NCBI GenBank assembly: GCA_963843375.1
Contig: CAWJKT010000021.1
Span: forward strand, 1-51,840
Direction of reading: 5' to 3'
From: an uncultured Pseudomonadota bacterium
GTDB taxonomy: Bacteria > Oederibacteriota > Muellerivitia > Muellerivitales > Muellerivitaceae
Length of the DNA stretch: 51,840 nucleotides
Positions within the stretch are counted from its first letter, which is position 1; every line of letters begins with the position of its first letter. The notes beneath the pieces are model-generated. The model saw only the letters and a list, made by a program, of their open reading frames with translations. It searched no databases and was not told the DNA's origin. Both the position numbers and the translations under genes were made by a program. Positions 37,205 to 45,832 of the stretch are shown in pieces.

Positions 37205-38245
37205 ATGGCTAGGATTCCAAGAGTCACAATGGTTCCGTTCGGAAATAACGCCGGCGCAGTCCCGGGCGGAATAGGCGTTTTCGGAAGTCTTGCGGCTGGT
37301 ACTCCGACCGAATCCATCAACATCGCCACGATCATGGCAGCGTCCGCTTGGTCTAACGGTTGGGGCTCCGCTCTCGTGAATCTTTTCCCGGCTCAAGAGG
37401 ATTTGAATTCACCCGACTTCGTTCACTCACAACAGATCGCGGAAATCCTTCAGGATGGAATTCCACCCTATGACGCAGGAACAACTTATTATATCAACTC
37501 AATTGTTCAAGTTTCGGGGCAGCTTTACATTTCCTTAGTTGATGGGAACATAGGAAATACACCCGCTTCTTCTCCTAGCAATTGGGCACTTCAAGATCCT
37601 GGCTTATTGGTTTATGGCGGGGTCATTGGTGTGGAATCTACATCTACCCAATTGAATCTAACGATTCCAGGATTTCCATCTAACTCCAATATTCCAATAG
37701 GAACTGTTCTTGAAATATTTGTTGGAGCCGCACGTCAAACAATCATAGGCGGTTGCGTAATTTCCATAAATGGGGGAACAGGTATTGCCATCGGACCATA
37801 TGATAACAAAGCTTTTTCTTCCCTCATCACTGTTCAACTTGCGAGCCAAATTCAGTTTAAATATAACGGTAGCATATGGGAACTTCTTTTTAATCCTCAG
37901 AATGATGGATTCCTAAGTCCATCGTCGGCTATTTCGGGAACAGTCAATAACTACGCACCTACGGGTTTTGTAGCTTCCATATCAAATTTTTTGAGTTTCA
38001 ATTTAAGTGGAGATACTACTTTAACCGGACTTGCCGAAGCCGCTTTAACCACTCCGGCTAATGGTGCCGAGGTTATTCTTTACAACAATTCAGTCCACAA
38101 TCTCATCATTGCCCATATTAGCGGTTCTTCTACTTTGGGAAATCAGTTCAGTATTTATAATTCCACCAACTTAACTATTCCAGCCAATGGGTTCGCCAAG
38201 GCTCGCTACAGTCGAGGAAATCAATTATGGTATGTTTCGATTTAA
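37205..38245 (+). CDS. Tail fibre protein
   Basis: AWSNGW...EDLN...ILQDGIPPYDAGTTYYINSIV baseplate-anchoring N-terminus; beta-rich, more AT-rich C-terminus. Confidence 0.78.
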   Translation: MARIPRVTMVPFGNNAGAVPGGIGVFGSLAAGTPTESINIATIMAASAWSNGWGSALVNLFPAQEDLNSPDFVHSQQIAEILQDGIPPYDAGTTYYINSIVQVSGQLYISLVDGNIGNTPASSPSNWALQDPGLLVYGGVIGVESTSTQLNLTIPGFPSNSNIPIGTVLEIFVGAARQTIIGGCVISINGGTGIAIGPYDNKAFSSLITVQLASQIQFKYNGSIWELLFNPQNDGFLSPSSAISGTVNNYAPTGFVASISNFLSFNLSGDTTLTGLAEAALTTPANGAEVILYNNSVHNLIIAHISGSSTLGNQFSIYNSTNLTIPANGFAKARYSRGNQLWYVSI

Positions 38246-38307
38246 CTAGGGTAATAGACATTAATTTTCGTTTGTAAAGAAAATAGACAACCACAATTTT
38301 TCAATGG

Positions 38308-38336
38308 TTGTCCAAACCTAAGAAGTCAAGTAAGAT
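38308..38336 (+). promoter_or_regulatory. Putative sigma70 promoter for the signal-peptide cassette
   Basis: TTGTCC-17 nt-TAAGAT in the gap after the tail fibre gene. Confidence 0.5.
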
Positions 38337-38391
38337 TGATTCGTCAAAACCCCGTGGGGACGGGGCAGGCTTCAAATTGAGGGGGGATTCC

Positions 38392-39918
38392 ATGGGTAAA
38401 ATTTTAGCCGTTTTGATTTTGACTTTCGGGCTTGCGGTCTCGGTCAAGGCCCAGGTTTCGGCCATCACGATCACTGGAATTTATCCAACCTGTGCCGCTG
38501 TCGGTCAATCTATCGCTGTGACATTCACTATTACAGATGATGGAAGTTATGGGACGGTTCTTTATGACGTTTTGTTTTCTGCTTCTACGACAGCCAGTTC
38601 TTCGGCTTATTCCGGCAGACTCCAAGCCTCTATGAATTGTTCGGGTGATGCTGGATGGAACTTCAACGATAATGGAAATGTTACGAATACAATCATACAA
38701 AACGTAACAATCCCAGCGGCAATCTATTCAGGAAATATTATTGTTATCGCCGGAGAAAATATAAATTATTTAACCTGTTCAAGTCCTTCAACATATACGG
38801 CCTATGCTTATCCCTGCACCCCTACAAATACACCAACCAATACCGCAACTTTTACGCCTTCAGCAACTCCTACTAAAACTCCGACTTTTACCACTACTAA
38901 TACCCCAACTATAACCTCAACTTTTACCATCACCCAAACGCTCACTAAAACCGGAACTATGACTGCCACCGCAACAACTACAAATACAGGAACCAATACC
39001 TCAACTTTTACAACTACAGCCACCCCCACGAATACTTTTCAATATACAGCGACCCAAACACCGACTAGTACACCAACGAATGTTCCGTCTTATACTCCCA
39101 CTATTACACCAACTGTGGGAATTCCTCTCTGGAATAAAGTTTTAAACACTTTTGACCCATGGCAGGATTCTAAACCTTCTCAGACTGTTACTCCCGGAGT
39201 TGGACAGGTTGATGATGCTCGGTTGAATTCAACGGTTGGACAACTCGCACAAAATCAATTAAATGCTACGGCGACACAAAACGCCATAAACTCATTCACT
39301 CCAACTCCCACAGGTTCACCAACCGCAACCCCCACCTTTACGCCTACGCCTCAAATTATTAGAAATATTGGAAATTCATACTCTCAATTTGTGACCTTTG
39401 CGGGAAGTATCTCGCAGTATTCAAATGTGGTGACTATAACTAGTTCTCAAATTTCAAAAAATGGTACTTTCGTGCCCAGTGAAATGGTAATGTTTGGAGT
39501 TAGCAACATGCCAGTAACAGGACAAATTGGTTGTATTATCGGATATTCGGCGGATGGAGCAACTCAAGCCCAAGGTGGGGGAAATACTCAAGCCCTTACA
39601 TTGGTGTTTGCGGCTGGTTACTCAAATGGAAATACTTATCAAATACCGGCTGTTTTAAATCTTTCTCCTTCCGGTTCACATCCTCCGGGGGATTATTACT
39701 ATTTCAATGCTCCACAGGCTGTTACCCAATTAGCCACTATTACTCCATCGGCTACTCTTCAAATTGTTTTGCAAATTGAATTTTTTGGTGAATACGCTTT
39801 TTATAAAAAAGATAATTATTATTTGGCTTATTGGAGATTACCCAAAGGAGTGTTAGGCCCTGAAAAACCAGTTTTTATTACTCACAATCCAAATTCTTAC
39901 TTTTGGAACCACGGATAA
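38392..39918 (+). CDS. Secreted protein with Ig-like N-domain and Thr/Pro-rich linker
   Basis: MGKILAVLILTFGLAVSVKA|Q signal peptide; long TPT tract; RBS GAGGGG before ATG 38392. Confidence 0.8.
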   Translation: MGKILAVLILTFGLAVSVKAQVSAITITGIYPTCAAVGQSIAVTFTITDDGSYGTVLYDVLFSASTTASSSAYSGRLQASMNCSGDAGWNFNDNGNVTNTIIQNVTIPAAIYSGNIIVIAGENINYLTCSSPSTYTAYAYPCTPTNTPTNTATFTPSATPTKTPTFTTTNTPTITSTFTITQTLTKTGTMTATATTTNTGTNTSTFTTTATPTNTFQYTATQTPTSTPTNVPSYTPTITPTVGIPLWNKVLNTFDPWQDSKPSQTVTPGVGQVDDARLNSTVGQLAQNQLNATATQNAINSFTPTPTGSPTATPTFTPTPQIIRNIGNSYSQFVTFAGSISQYSNVVTITSSQISKNGTFVPSEMVMFGVSNMPVTGQIGCIIGYSADGATQAQGGGNTQALTLVFAAGYSNGNTYQIPAVLNLSPSGSHPPGDYYYFNAPQAVTQLATITPSATLQIVLQIEFFGEYAFYKKDNYYLAYWRLPKGVLGPEKPVFITHNPNSYFWNHG

Positions 39919-39922
39919 GAAA

Positions 39923-40267
39923 TTGAAAACTTTATTCTTCTTCCTCTGGGCAAGCCTAGCTTGTGCCATTGATTACAACCCAATACTAGGAGACAACCCG
40001 AAGTCGTTCACGAATGGGACGATGATCTTGGAAGGCGGAGTAGGTTCGGGCCTGGGGCTAGGCGGAATGATCGCTTGCGATACCGACCCCGTCATGAAGA
40101 AGCTGGACTTCATGCCTAGCGTGATGGTGACACTGGCAACGGCCATGATGGACTTGACGCCGATCAGCCAGGGTGCCACGAACGGGCGAAAGAGGACCGA
40201 AGAGTTTTTGACCATTAACGGCATGATGTGGGGAAGCTACGGAGCGGTGAAGTTATTTAACTTTTGA
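39923..40267 (+). CDS. Small secreted/membrane protein
   Basis: MKTLFFFLWASLACA signal-like N-terminus; ends in F. Confidence 0.6.
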   Translation: MKTLFFFLWASLACAIDYNPILGDNPKSFTNGTMILEGGVGSGLGLGGMIACDTDPVMKKLDFMPSVMVTLATAMMDLTPISQGATNGRKRTEEFLTINGMMWGSYGAVKLFNF

Positions 40268-40276
40268 GGTGAGAGC

Positions 40277-40465
40277 ATGAAGTTTTTAATTTTGATGGCG
40301 TTACTTTTGACGACTCCATTGTTTGCCCAACTTGCTTCCCAGGATTTTGGCGCGGACACTGAGAACATTACGACCAACGAAGGCGTTCCAATAGGCAATA
40401 ACCATCGGGTACAAGTTACCCACAAGAAACACCATCACCACAAGAAAAAGGCGGTTCGTAAATGA
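40277..40465 (+). CDS. Small secreted protein with His/Lys-rich tail
   Basis: MKFLILMALLLTTPLFA|Q; ends HKKHHHHKKKAVRK; RBS GAGG. Confidence 0.7.
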   Translation: MKFLILMALLLTTPLFAQLASQDFGADTENITTNEGVPIGNNHRVQVTHKKHHHHKKKAVRK

Positions 40466-42339
40466 AAAAACTACTGGCGGTTTTGATCTTCTTGTTATTG
40501 GCGGCACAGGTTGAGGCCGTTCCACTTCGGACTTTGAACAATGCCACACCAACCAATCCCGAAGTTCCACCCGCACAATTCCAGGGGACTTATTCCCAGA
40601 TGCAATCGGAACCAGTAAGTCTTTTGATCTGTGGAGATAAATGGGACACGACCGACACAAACACTGAATATGCATGGAACTGTTCGGCTTCTCAATGGGT
40701 ATTTTCGTTTAGCTTTGCGCTCTCCCCAACACCAACGATAACACCGACACCTTCAAGCACCTTTACTTGGACCATTAGTCCTACTGGAACATTTCCGACT
40801 TATACGGCTTCGCCCACTAATACACCGACCGCAACCGGAACACTTGCCACGGCTACGATCACTCCAACACCTACGATCATTCCGACCGCTTCGTCTCAAA
40901 CTCAACCCAAGATAGATATATTTTTAGTGGCCGGACAAAGCAATGCGGTTGGACAAGGTGTTGCGGCCCAATCTCCGCATGTGGCCGGATTTCCGATATT
41001 TCAATACTATCAAGGGAAAGTCACGGCGGCGAATGACCCTGTAGGAAATGCCAATTATGGAAGCGCATGGCCTTCGTTCGGACTTGCTTATTTCATGGCT
41101 ACGGGCCACGCAATCATGTTCGTTCCTTCCGCCGTGGATGGAACAGCCCAAACTCAACCCGCCGATCAAGGAAGCGGAAATTGGAGTCCAACTGGAACGC
41201 TTTGGGGAATATCGGTCGGACTTTATCGGCAAGCCATCGGAGCCGCCGCCGCCTTGGGATATATTCCGGTAACAAAAGGCATTCTTTGGTGTCAAGGTGA
41301 AGAGGATGGAATCGCCATCAACAATTCTGTGGAGTCTCAAGGCCAATACTACAACGCTCTTGTTACCATGATTGCGAATTATCGAAATGTTTTCGGGTCA
41401 AATCTTCCTTTTTATATTTTTAGGACAGGTCTTGGATTCGATACTAATTCGGATACTGGATTTTCCGATGTTAGGCAATCTCAAGATGAAGTCGGAGAAA
41501 CTGACCCTAATACTTTGGTGGTCTTTAGGAATGCTGTTGATTACTCACTTTACGGCTATATGATTGACGAATATCACTTCACGCAAGCCGGTTATAACGA
41601 AATGGGAAGTATTGGTGCATCAAATGTTGTTTCCGCAAATGCAAAAGCAGATTTCCAACCTGTTCCAGTTAGTACACCAAATTATCCTGGTTATCCAGGC
41701 ATAGGTCAAAACGATGTTTATTATTCACATGGATTGGCAAATATTGGACCTTTAGATTTTGGATATGTGCCAGGCCGTCTTACAGTTTCAAATAATTTAT
41801 CGCCTCATAATGGAACTAGTAAAGATTGGTCTTACTTTTTGTCAAATGCTGGTAATTCTCCTGGGGAGGCTCCCGACCCCAATGCGACCTATGGATACAT
41901 GTTCGGTTGGAATGTAGATGACGGAGGCGGTGAGTTAGAACAACTTATTGGAACTGGAATAGGTTCCAACCCTAGATTCACTTGGGGTTTTTGGAATGGA
42001 ACGTCGAAAGCTCTGGATATGACATTGTTGACGAATGGAAATCTTGAATTAAGTGGAGCATATTTTAGCAATAATGTTCCGGTGACTGTGGCCGGTACTT
42101 CCGGGAATTATGTATGGACTTCCCCCCAACAAGGCGTAGCTGACAAAATCATAAATATCCATTTTAACGCCTACGTTAACACGGCCCCTACAACCATTAC
42201 TTTTCCGACTGTTTACGAATATTCGCCTTATGTTTTCTCTACCGGCGTGACTTATACAGCGTCAGCGGCGACAACTATAACGGTTGTTCCGATTGTGGCG
42301 GGCGCTCAAACTGGATGGGTTCGACTCGAAGGATTTTAG
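40462..42339 (+). CDS. Secreted SGNH sialate/carbohydrate O-acetylesterase (SASA/DUF303) domain protein
   Basis: Signal MKKLLAVLIFLLLAAQVEA; PT linker; FLVAGQSNA, WCQGEED, DEYH catalytic motifs. Confidence 0.85.
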   Translation: MKKLLAVLIFLLLAAQVEAVPLRTLNNATPTNPEVPPAQFQGTYSQMQSEPVSLLICGDKWDTTDTNTEYAWNCSASQWVFSFSFALSPTPTITPTPSSTFTWTISPTGTFPTYTASPTNTPTATGTLATATITPTPTIIPTASSQTQPKIDIFLVAGQSNAVGQGVAAQSPHVAGFPIFQYYQGKVTAANDPVGNANYGSAWPSFGLAYFMATGHAIMFVPSAVDGTAQTQPADQGSGNWSPTGTLWGISVGLYRQAIGAAAALGYIPVTKGILWCQGEEDGIAINNSVESQGQYYNALVTMIANYRNVFGSNLPFYIFRTGLGFDTNSDTGFSDVRQSQDEVGETDPNTLVVFRNAVDYSLYGYMIDEYHFTQAGYNEMGSIGASNVVSANAKADFQPVPVSTPNYPGYPGIGQNDVYYSHGLANIGPLDFGYVPGRLTVSNNLSPHNGTSKDWSYFLSNAGNSPGEAPDPNATYGYMFGWNVDDGGGELEQLIGTGIGSNPRFTWGFWNGTSKALDMTLLTNGNLELSGAYFSNNVPVTVAGTSGNYVWTSPQQGVADKIINIHFNAYVNTAPTTITFPTVYEYSPYVFSTGVTYTASAATTITVVPIVAGAQTGWVRLEGF

Positions 42340-42366
42340 TCAGCACTTCACTTTATAGGGGATGAG

Positions 42367-42615
42367 ATGGCCGATCTTATAAAATTCCTTTTTGAACTGA
42401 TCTTTGGGTTCCTAAAGGGCCACGATACGAACAAACACAAACGCATTGCGGCCATCATAATCATCGGACCGCTTTTAGCTTTAAGTGTCTTGGAAGTGGT
42501 TGGAGTAGTGGAACGGTTTCAGTGGTTCAAGGCTCACCCGGATTCGGGCTATCAAAACTCACGGATGCCCCCGCCTACGATGGACGCAGGGGCAAGCGCA
42601 AGGGAAACAAAATGA
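42367..42615 (+). CDS. Small membrane protein (holin/antiholin candidate)
   Basis: Hydrophobic IAAIIIIGPLLALSVLEVVGVV; upstream of the endolysin. Confidence 0.55.
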   Translation: MADLIKFLFELIFGFLKGHDTNKHKRIAAIIIIGPLLALSVLEVVGVVERFQWFKAHPDSGYQNSRMPPPTMDAGASARETK

Positions 42616-42857
42616 ACGAAAAACGAGACCCAGAGCATACCGAGGAAATGAAGCGAATCTTTATGACCTTGGGAAAAGTCGAAATGCGCTCTGTGGCAAA
42701 AGAGGCGTTTAAAGAGGCCTCGAAAGAGTTCTTGGAGTCCATTTATCAGCGGTTCGGAAAGTGGTCGCTTTACGCTATTGGAGCGGGCCTTATCACCTTT
42801 TTAATGACGGCGGCTATCTATGCGGCGGCCTGGTTGAATGGATGGAGACCGCATTGA
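42612..42857 (+). CDS. Holin-like single-TM protein
   Basis: ATGA-coupled; C-terminal TM; overlaps the endolysin start. Confidence 0.55.
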   Translation: MNEKRDPEHTEEMKRIFMTLGKVEMRSVAKEAFKEASKEFLESIYQRFGKWSLYAIGAGLITFLMTAAIYAAAWLNGWRPH

Positions 42858-43405
42858 GCGACTTTTTGCCGGCCTTTAACCGTACTATGAATTTTGAAGG
42901 CTACGATCTTGAGGATGTCCCGGGCGACTCTGGCGGCCTGACCTTTTGCGGAATAGCCCAAAATCCAAATCCAACATGGCAAGGCTGGCCGATCATTCAG
43001 CAATACCTACAAGCGGGGCCGGATTTCGAGACTGCCAAAAAGAACGCTTTAGCGGACAAGAACCTTTGGGGAATGGTAGAAGTCTTTTACGAGGATGGAA
43101 TTTGGGCCGCTAACTTTTTAGGGCAACTCGTTTCTCAAGAATTGGCAAACCAGGCTTATGACGCCATTGTCAACTTGGGAACGTCCCGGCCTGTCCGCTG
43201 GCTTCAAATGCTTGTCAATGTCGAACAGGATGGGAAGATGGGGCCTGAAACGGTTGAGGCTTGCAATAATGACAAGGATCCTGCTTCGTTAGTCCTGACG
43301 TTTATCGGGATGCGAAAGGCTGAATACGAGAGCATTGTTACCAGAAACCCGGAAGATGAAAAGTTTTTGGACGGATGGTTAAGCCGTTGTATGCTTTCAG
43401 TTTAA
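42854..43405 (+). CDS. Endolysin, glycoside hydrolase family 108 with peptidoglycan-binding domain
   Basis: FEGY...DSGGLTFCGIA, YDAIVNLG, DGKMGPET, KFLDGWLSR; start taken at TTG 42854 (RBS GGAG). Confidence 0.9.
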   Translation: MSDFLPAFNRTMNFEGYDLEDVPGDSGGLTFCGIAQNPNPTWQGWPIIQQYLQAGPDFETAKKNALADKNLWGMVEVFYEDGIWAANFLGQLVSQELANQAYDAIVNLGTSRPVRWLQMLVNVEQDGKMGPETVEACNNDKDPASLVLTFIGMRKAEYESIVTRNPEDEKFLDGWLSRCMLSV

Positions 43406-43432
43406 TTTCCAACGGACCCCAAAATCCGGTGG

Positions 43433-43584
43433 TTGTTCCCGGCCCATTCACCTGAACTTACGTGGGGCCTCGATGGAAGGGAACGGAAAATGAATTATCG
43501 AGGACCGTTCAAGGGGAGCCGGGGCGCTTCTCTCTTCCGAAACGTATGTCAACCCCTTCGAGCTGTCAGGAATGCTGGGAGCAA
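43433..43584 (+). ncRNA. Candidate structured RNA between the endolysin and the next gene
   Basis: 11-bp closing stem, nested stems and a potential 6-bp pseudoknot. Confidence 0.45.
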
Positions 43585-43610
43585 AATTTTATTTCCCAAG
43601 GAGGGAAAAG

Positions 43611-44420
43611 ATGGAAAAGCTTAAAGCTCGATTGTTATTGTTTGGTTCCAATCCTATCGTCGCATGGTTGGTTCGGCAGTTCACGACTTGCGGGGTGGCC
43701 TATTTGGGCCTTCACCCATTTACGCCTGTGGGATGGCAGACCTGGGCGATTAATGGGGCGGTGTTCATCGTTTCTGGAACTGTCCACGCTTTTGATATCT
43801 GGCTTCAAACGAGGGTGGCAAACGCTCCAGCGGTCACTACGGCTCCGAGTAATCCGGCATCAGTGGCCCCGGCCCAGTCTCATCTTCAAATGTTAAAAGC
43901 ATCGTTGAAGATGGTTTTGTTTTTGATGGGCACCGCTTTTTTGTTTGCTTCGTCCGCAAGTGCGGGTTATCTTTTGCCGACAAGTAACAATTCCGAAAAG
44001 TTTGGAATCGCTGAACCGAATGGACCGGTGGATGGGGTATATGCATTGCCTATCGCGGAATTTCAAGTGGGTTCAAATCTTCCGGTTCCAACTTATGGCG
44101 TGGCCATCACTGAAGATTTGGTTTGGGGAAGACTTACTCCGGCCTCCGGTGGGGTGAACATGGCTCCGTATTTGGGAATTGGCGCTTCCTTGTACGCCGA
44201 TACATCAGGAGTCATTAACGGAAATGGACCGCTTCAACTCTTGGGCGGCTTGAATGTCATTGGCCCTGATTTGGATCTTCTAGGATTGGGTAACGGCCAG
44301 GGCTTAGTCCCTGCCGGCCAGATGGTTTACAATTTCCAAACCGGGGAAAGACAAATAACGGGTGGCCTTACCGTCTTTTTGGATATCTTCCCAACCGTGA
44401 CAATCCAAAAGATATTTTAA
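43611..44420 (+). CDS. Membrane protein: holin-like N-domain, internal signal peptide, beta-rich C-domain
   Basis: RBS AGGAGG; two hydrophobic segments, A/P linker, KASLKMVLFLMGTAFLFASSASA|G, Gly/aromatic strands ending in F. Confidence 0.7.
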   Translation: MEKLKARLLLFGSNPIVAWLVRQFTTCGVAYLGLHPFTPVGWQTWAINGAVFIVSGTVHAFDIWLQTRVANAPAVTTAPSNPASVAPAQSHLQMLKASLKMVLFLMGTAFLFASSASAGYLLPTSNNSEKFGIAEPNGPVDGVYALPIAEFQVGSNLPVPTYGVAITEDLVWGRLTPASGGVNMAPYLGIGASLYADTSGVINGNGPLQLLGGLNVIGPDLDLLGLGNGQGLVPAGQMVYNFQTGERQITGGLTVFLDIFPTVTIQKIF

Positions 44421-44423
44421 TCT

Positions 44424-45182
44424 ATGTCAAAGCACAAGTTTTTAAAACACTTCGGGGGCTGGAACAAGCCAACGGCGGATGAAAGGGACTTTAAGTTTTT
44501 CATCCCCGTTTCAACCCCTCCGCCTCCCGAAGTGGACTTGCGGCCCGGGATGCCGCCAGTCTATGACCAAGGACAACTCGGAAGCTGCACGGCAAACGCC
44601 ATTGGCGCCGCTTTCGAGTTTGAACTCTTGCGCCAAAAACTGACGGACTTTACTCCAAGCCGACTTTTCATCTATTACAACGAACGGGTGATTGAGGGAG
44701 ACGTGGCGGAAGACTCAGGGGCACAGGGCCGGGATGGCTTAAAGGTGATTGCCAATCAGGGCGTTTGCCCCGAGACTATGTGGCCCTATGATATCAGCCA
44801 GTTCACCACAAAGCCGCCGGATACCTGTTATCAGGTGGCCAAGAACAACGTGGCGATTCAATACCTTTCAGTTCCGCAAGACCTCAACCAAATGAAAGCT
44901 TGCCACGGCCAGGGGTTTCCGTTCGTGTTTGGGATGAACGTCTACGAATCTTTCGAATCTGAAGCGGTAGCCACTACGGGGATAGTTCCCATGCCAATGC
45001 CCGGGGAAAATCTCTTGGGGGGCCATTACGTTTGCTCTGCCGGTCATTCGGATGCCAAGCAGGCCCTGTTAGTTCGCAATAGCTGGGGCTCAGGGTGGGG
45101 TTTAGGGGGCTATTTTTGGCTTCCTTACGCCTATATTGTGCCGGAAACGTCCGACTACTGGACAATCCGCAAGGTGGCTTAG
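44424..45182 (+). CDS. Papain-like cysteine protease (peptidase C1A)
   Basis: DQGQLGSCTANA (catalytic Cys), GGHYV, VRNSWGSGWGLGGYFWLPY. Confidence 0.93.
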   Translation: MSKHKFLKHFGGWNKPTADERDFKFFIPVSTPPPPEVDLRPGMPPVYDQGQLGSCTANAIGAAFEFELLRQKLTDFTPSRLFIYYNERVIEGDVAEDSGAQGRDGLKVIANQGVCPETMWPYDISQFTTKPPDTCYQVAKNNVAIQYLSVPQDLNQMKACHGQGFPFVFGMNVYESFESEAVATTGIVPMPMPGENLLGGHYVCSAGHSDAKQALLVRNSWGSGWGLGGYFWLPYAYIVPETSDYWTIRKVA

Positions 45183-45225
45183 AGGCCTTAAAAAGGGCCT
45201 TCAGGTGCAAAATTGGGGGGATTCC

Positions 45226-45261
45226 GGGGGTTCTTGGCTAACTGCCAGGGCCCCTTTTTTT
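45226..45261 (+). terminator. Intrinsic terminator ending the late operon
   Basis: GGGGGTTCTTGGC-taact-GCCAGGGCCCC hairpin followed by a T run. Confidence 0.8.
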
Positions 45262-45273
45262 ATTATTTTTTTG

Positions 45274-45307
45274 TTGTGTTATTATGTTTTTATGTTATTA
45301 TGTTTTT
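45274..45307 (+). promoter_or_regulatory. Putative early promoter overlapped by tandem operator-like repeats
   Basis: TTGTGT-16-TATTAT with an extended TG; TGTTATTATGTTTTT occurs twice. Confidence 0.55.
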
Positions 45308-45339
45308 GAAGGTTGACAGCAAGAGAAGGGGGCACGCCA

Positions 45340-45805
45340 TGAAAACCACGGCAAGGAATAAATATGGAAGGTGACTCAATCCCGGCATGACTCAGCTCGG
45401 GAATTCAAATTGTCTCGTAATGCCAGATTTCATCAATTCTTTTAGCAATGAAAGTTACCATCGTTGACCGAAACTCTCAAGGTTTCTGAAGGTCTTCAAC
45501 GCCAATTATGAGCTGAGAGTATGACTGCGGAATCCTCAGGTTCCAGATTGGCGATCAGGAAATTGGGACCATGAAACGGATCACGGTCTTTGCCGCCAAT
45601 GAGCAGTTGATTTGCCGAATGATCCTAAAGCTGGGAGATGAAAATCTGGCAACACGGCGGAATAGAGGTACGGAATTTCGTAACATTTGGCGTTGCTGGT
45701 ATCGGATGTTTACTACCGTCGAAAACGTAGAATGATGGCACTGCAAAAGACACAAAGCCGAAAAGGACCTCCGTGCGTATCTAGAAAACAGGGATGGATG
45801 CTTAG
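45340..45805 (+). pseudogene. Frameshifted or decayed ORF (or consensus errors)
   Basis: RBS AAGGGGG plus ATG at 45340, then only short fragmented frames across about 460 bp of otherwise dense genome. Confidence 0.35.
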
Positions 45806-45832
45806 ATGCCTAACCCACAACAGGAGGGAAAA

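Noticed and set aside
38308..38391. TTG start of the 536-aa ORF, and a possible c-di-GMP riboswitch
   Set aside because: ATG 38392 has an RBS and gives a clean signal peptide; only one hairpin is present, without the riboswitch consensus
43466..43550. Hammerhead ribozyme (GAAAC-gtat-GTC is present)
   Set aside because: The required CUGANGA core is absent
43433..43896. ORFs 43433-43624 and 43462-43896 as spanins
   Set aside because: No lipobox or TM pattern, and poor starts
45340..45666. TGA recoding (one frame here has only TGA stops for about 100 codons)
   Set aside because: Many well-supported genes end at TGA with ATGA coupling, so the standard code applies
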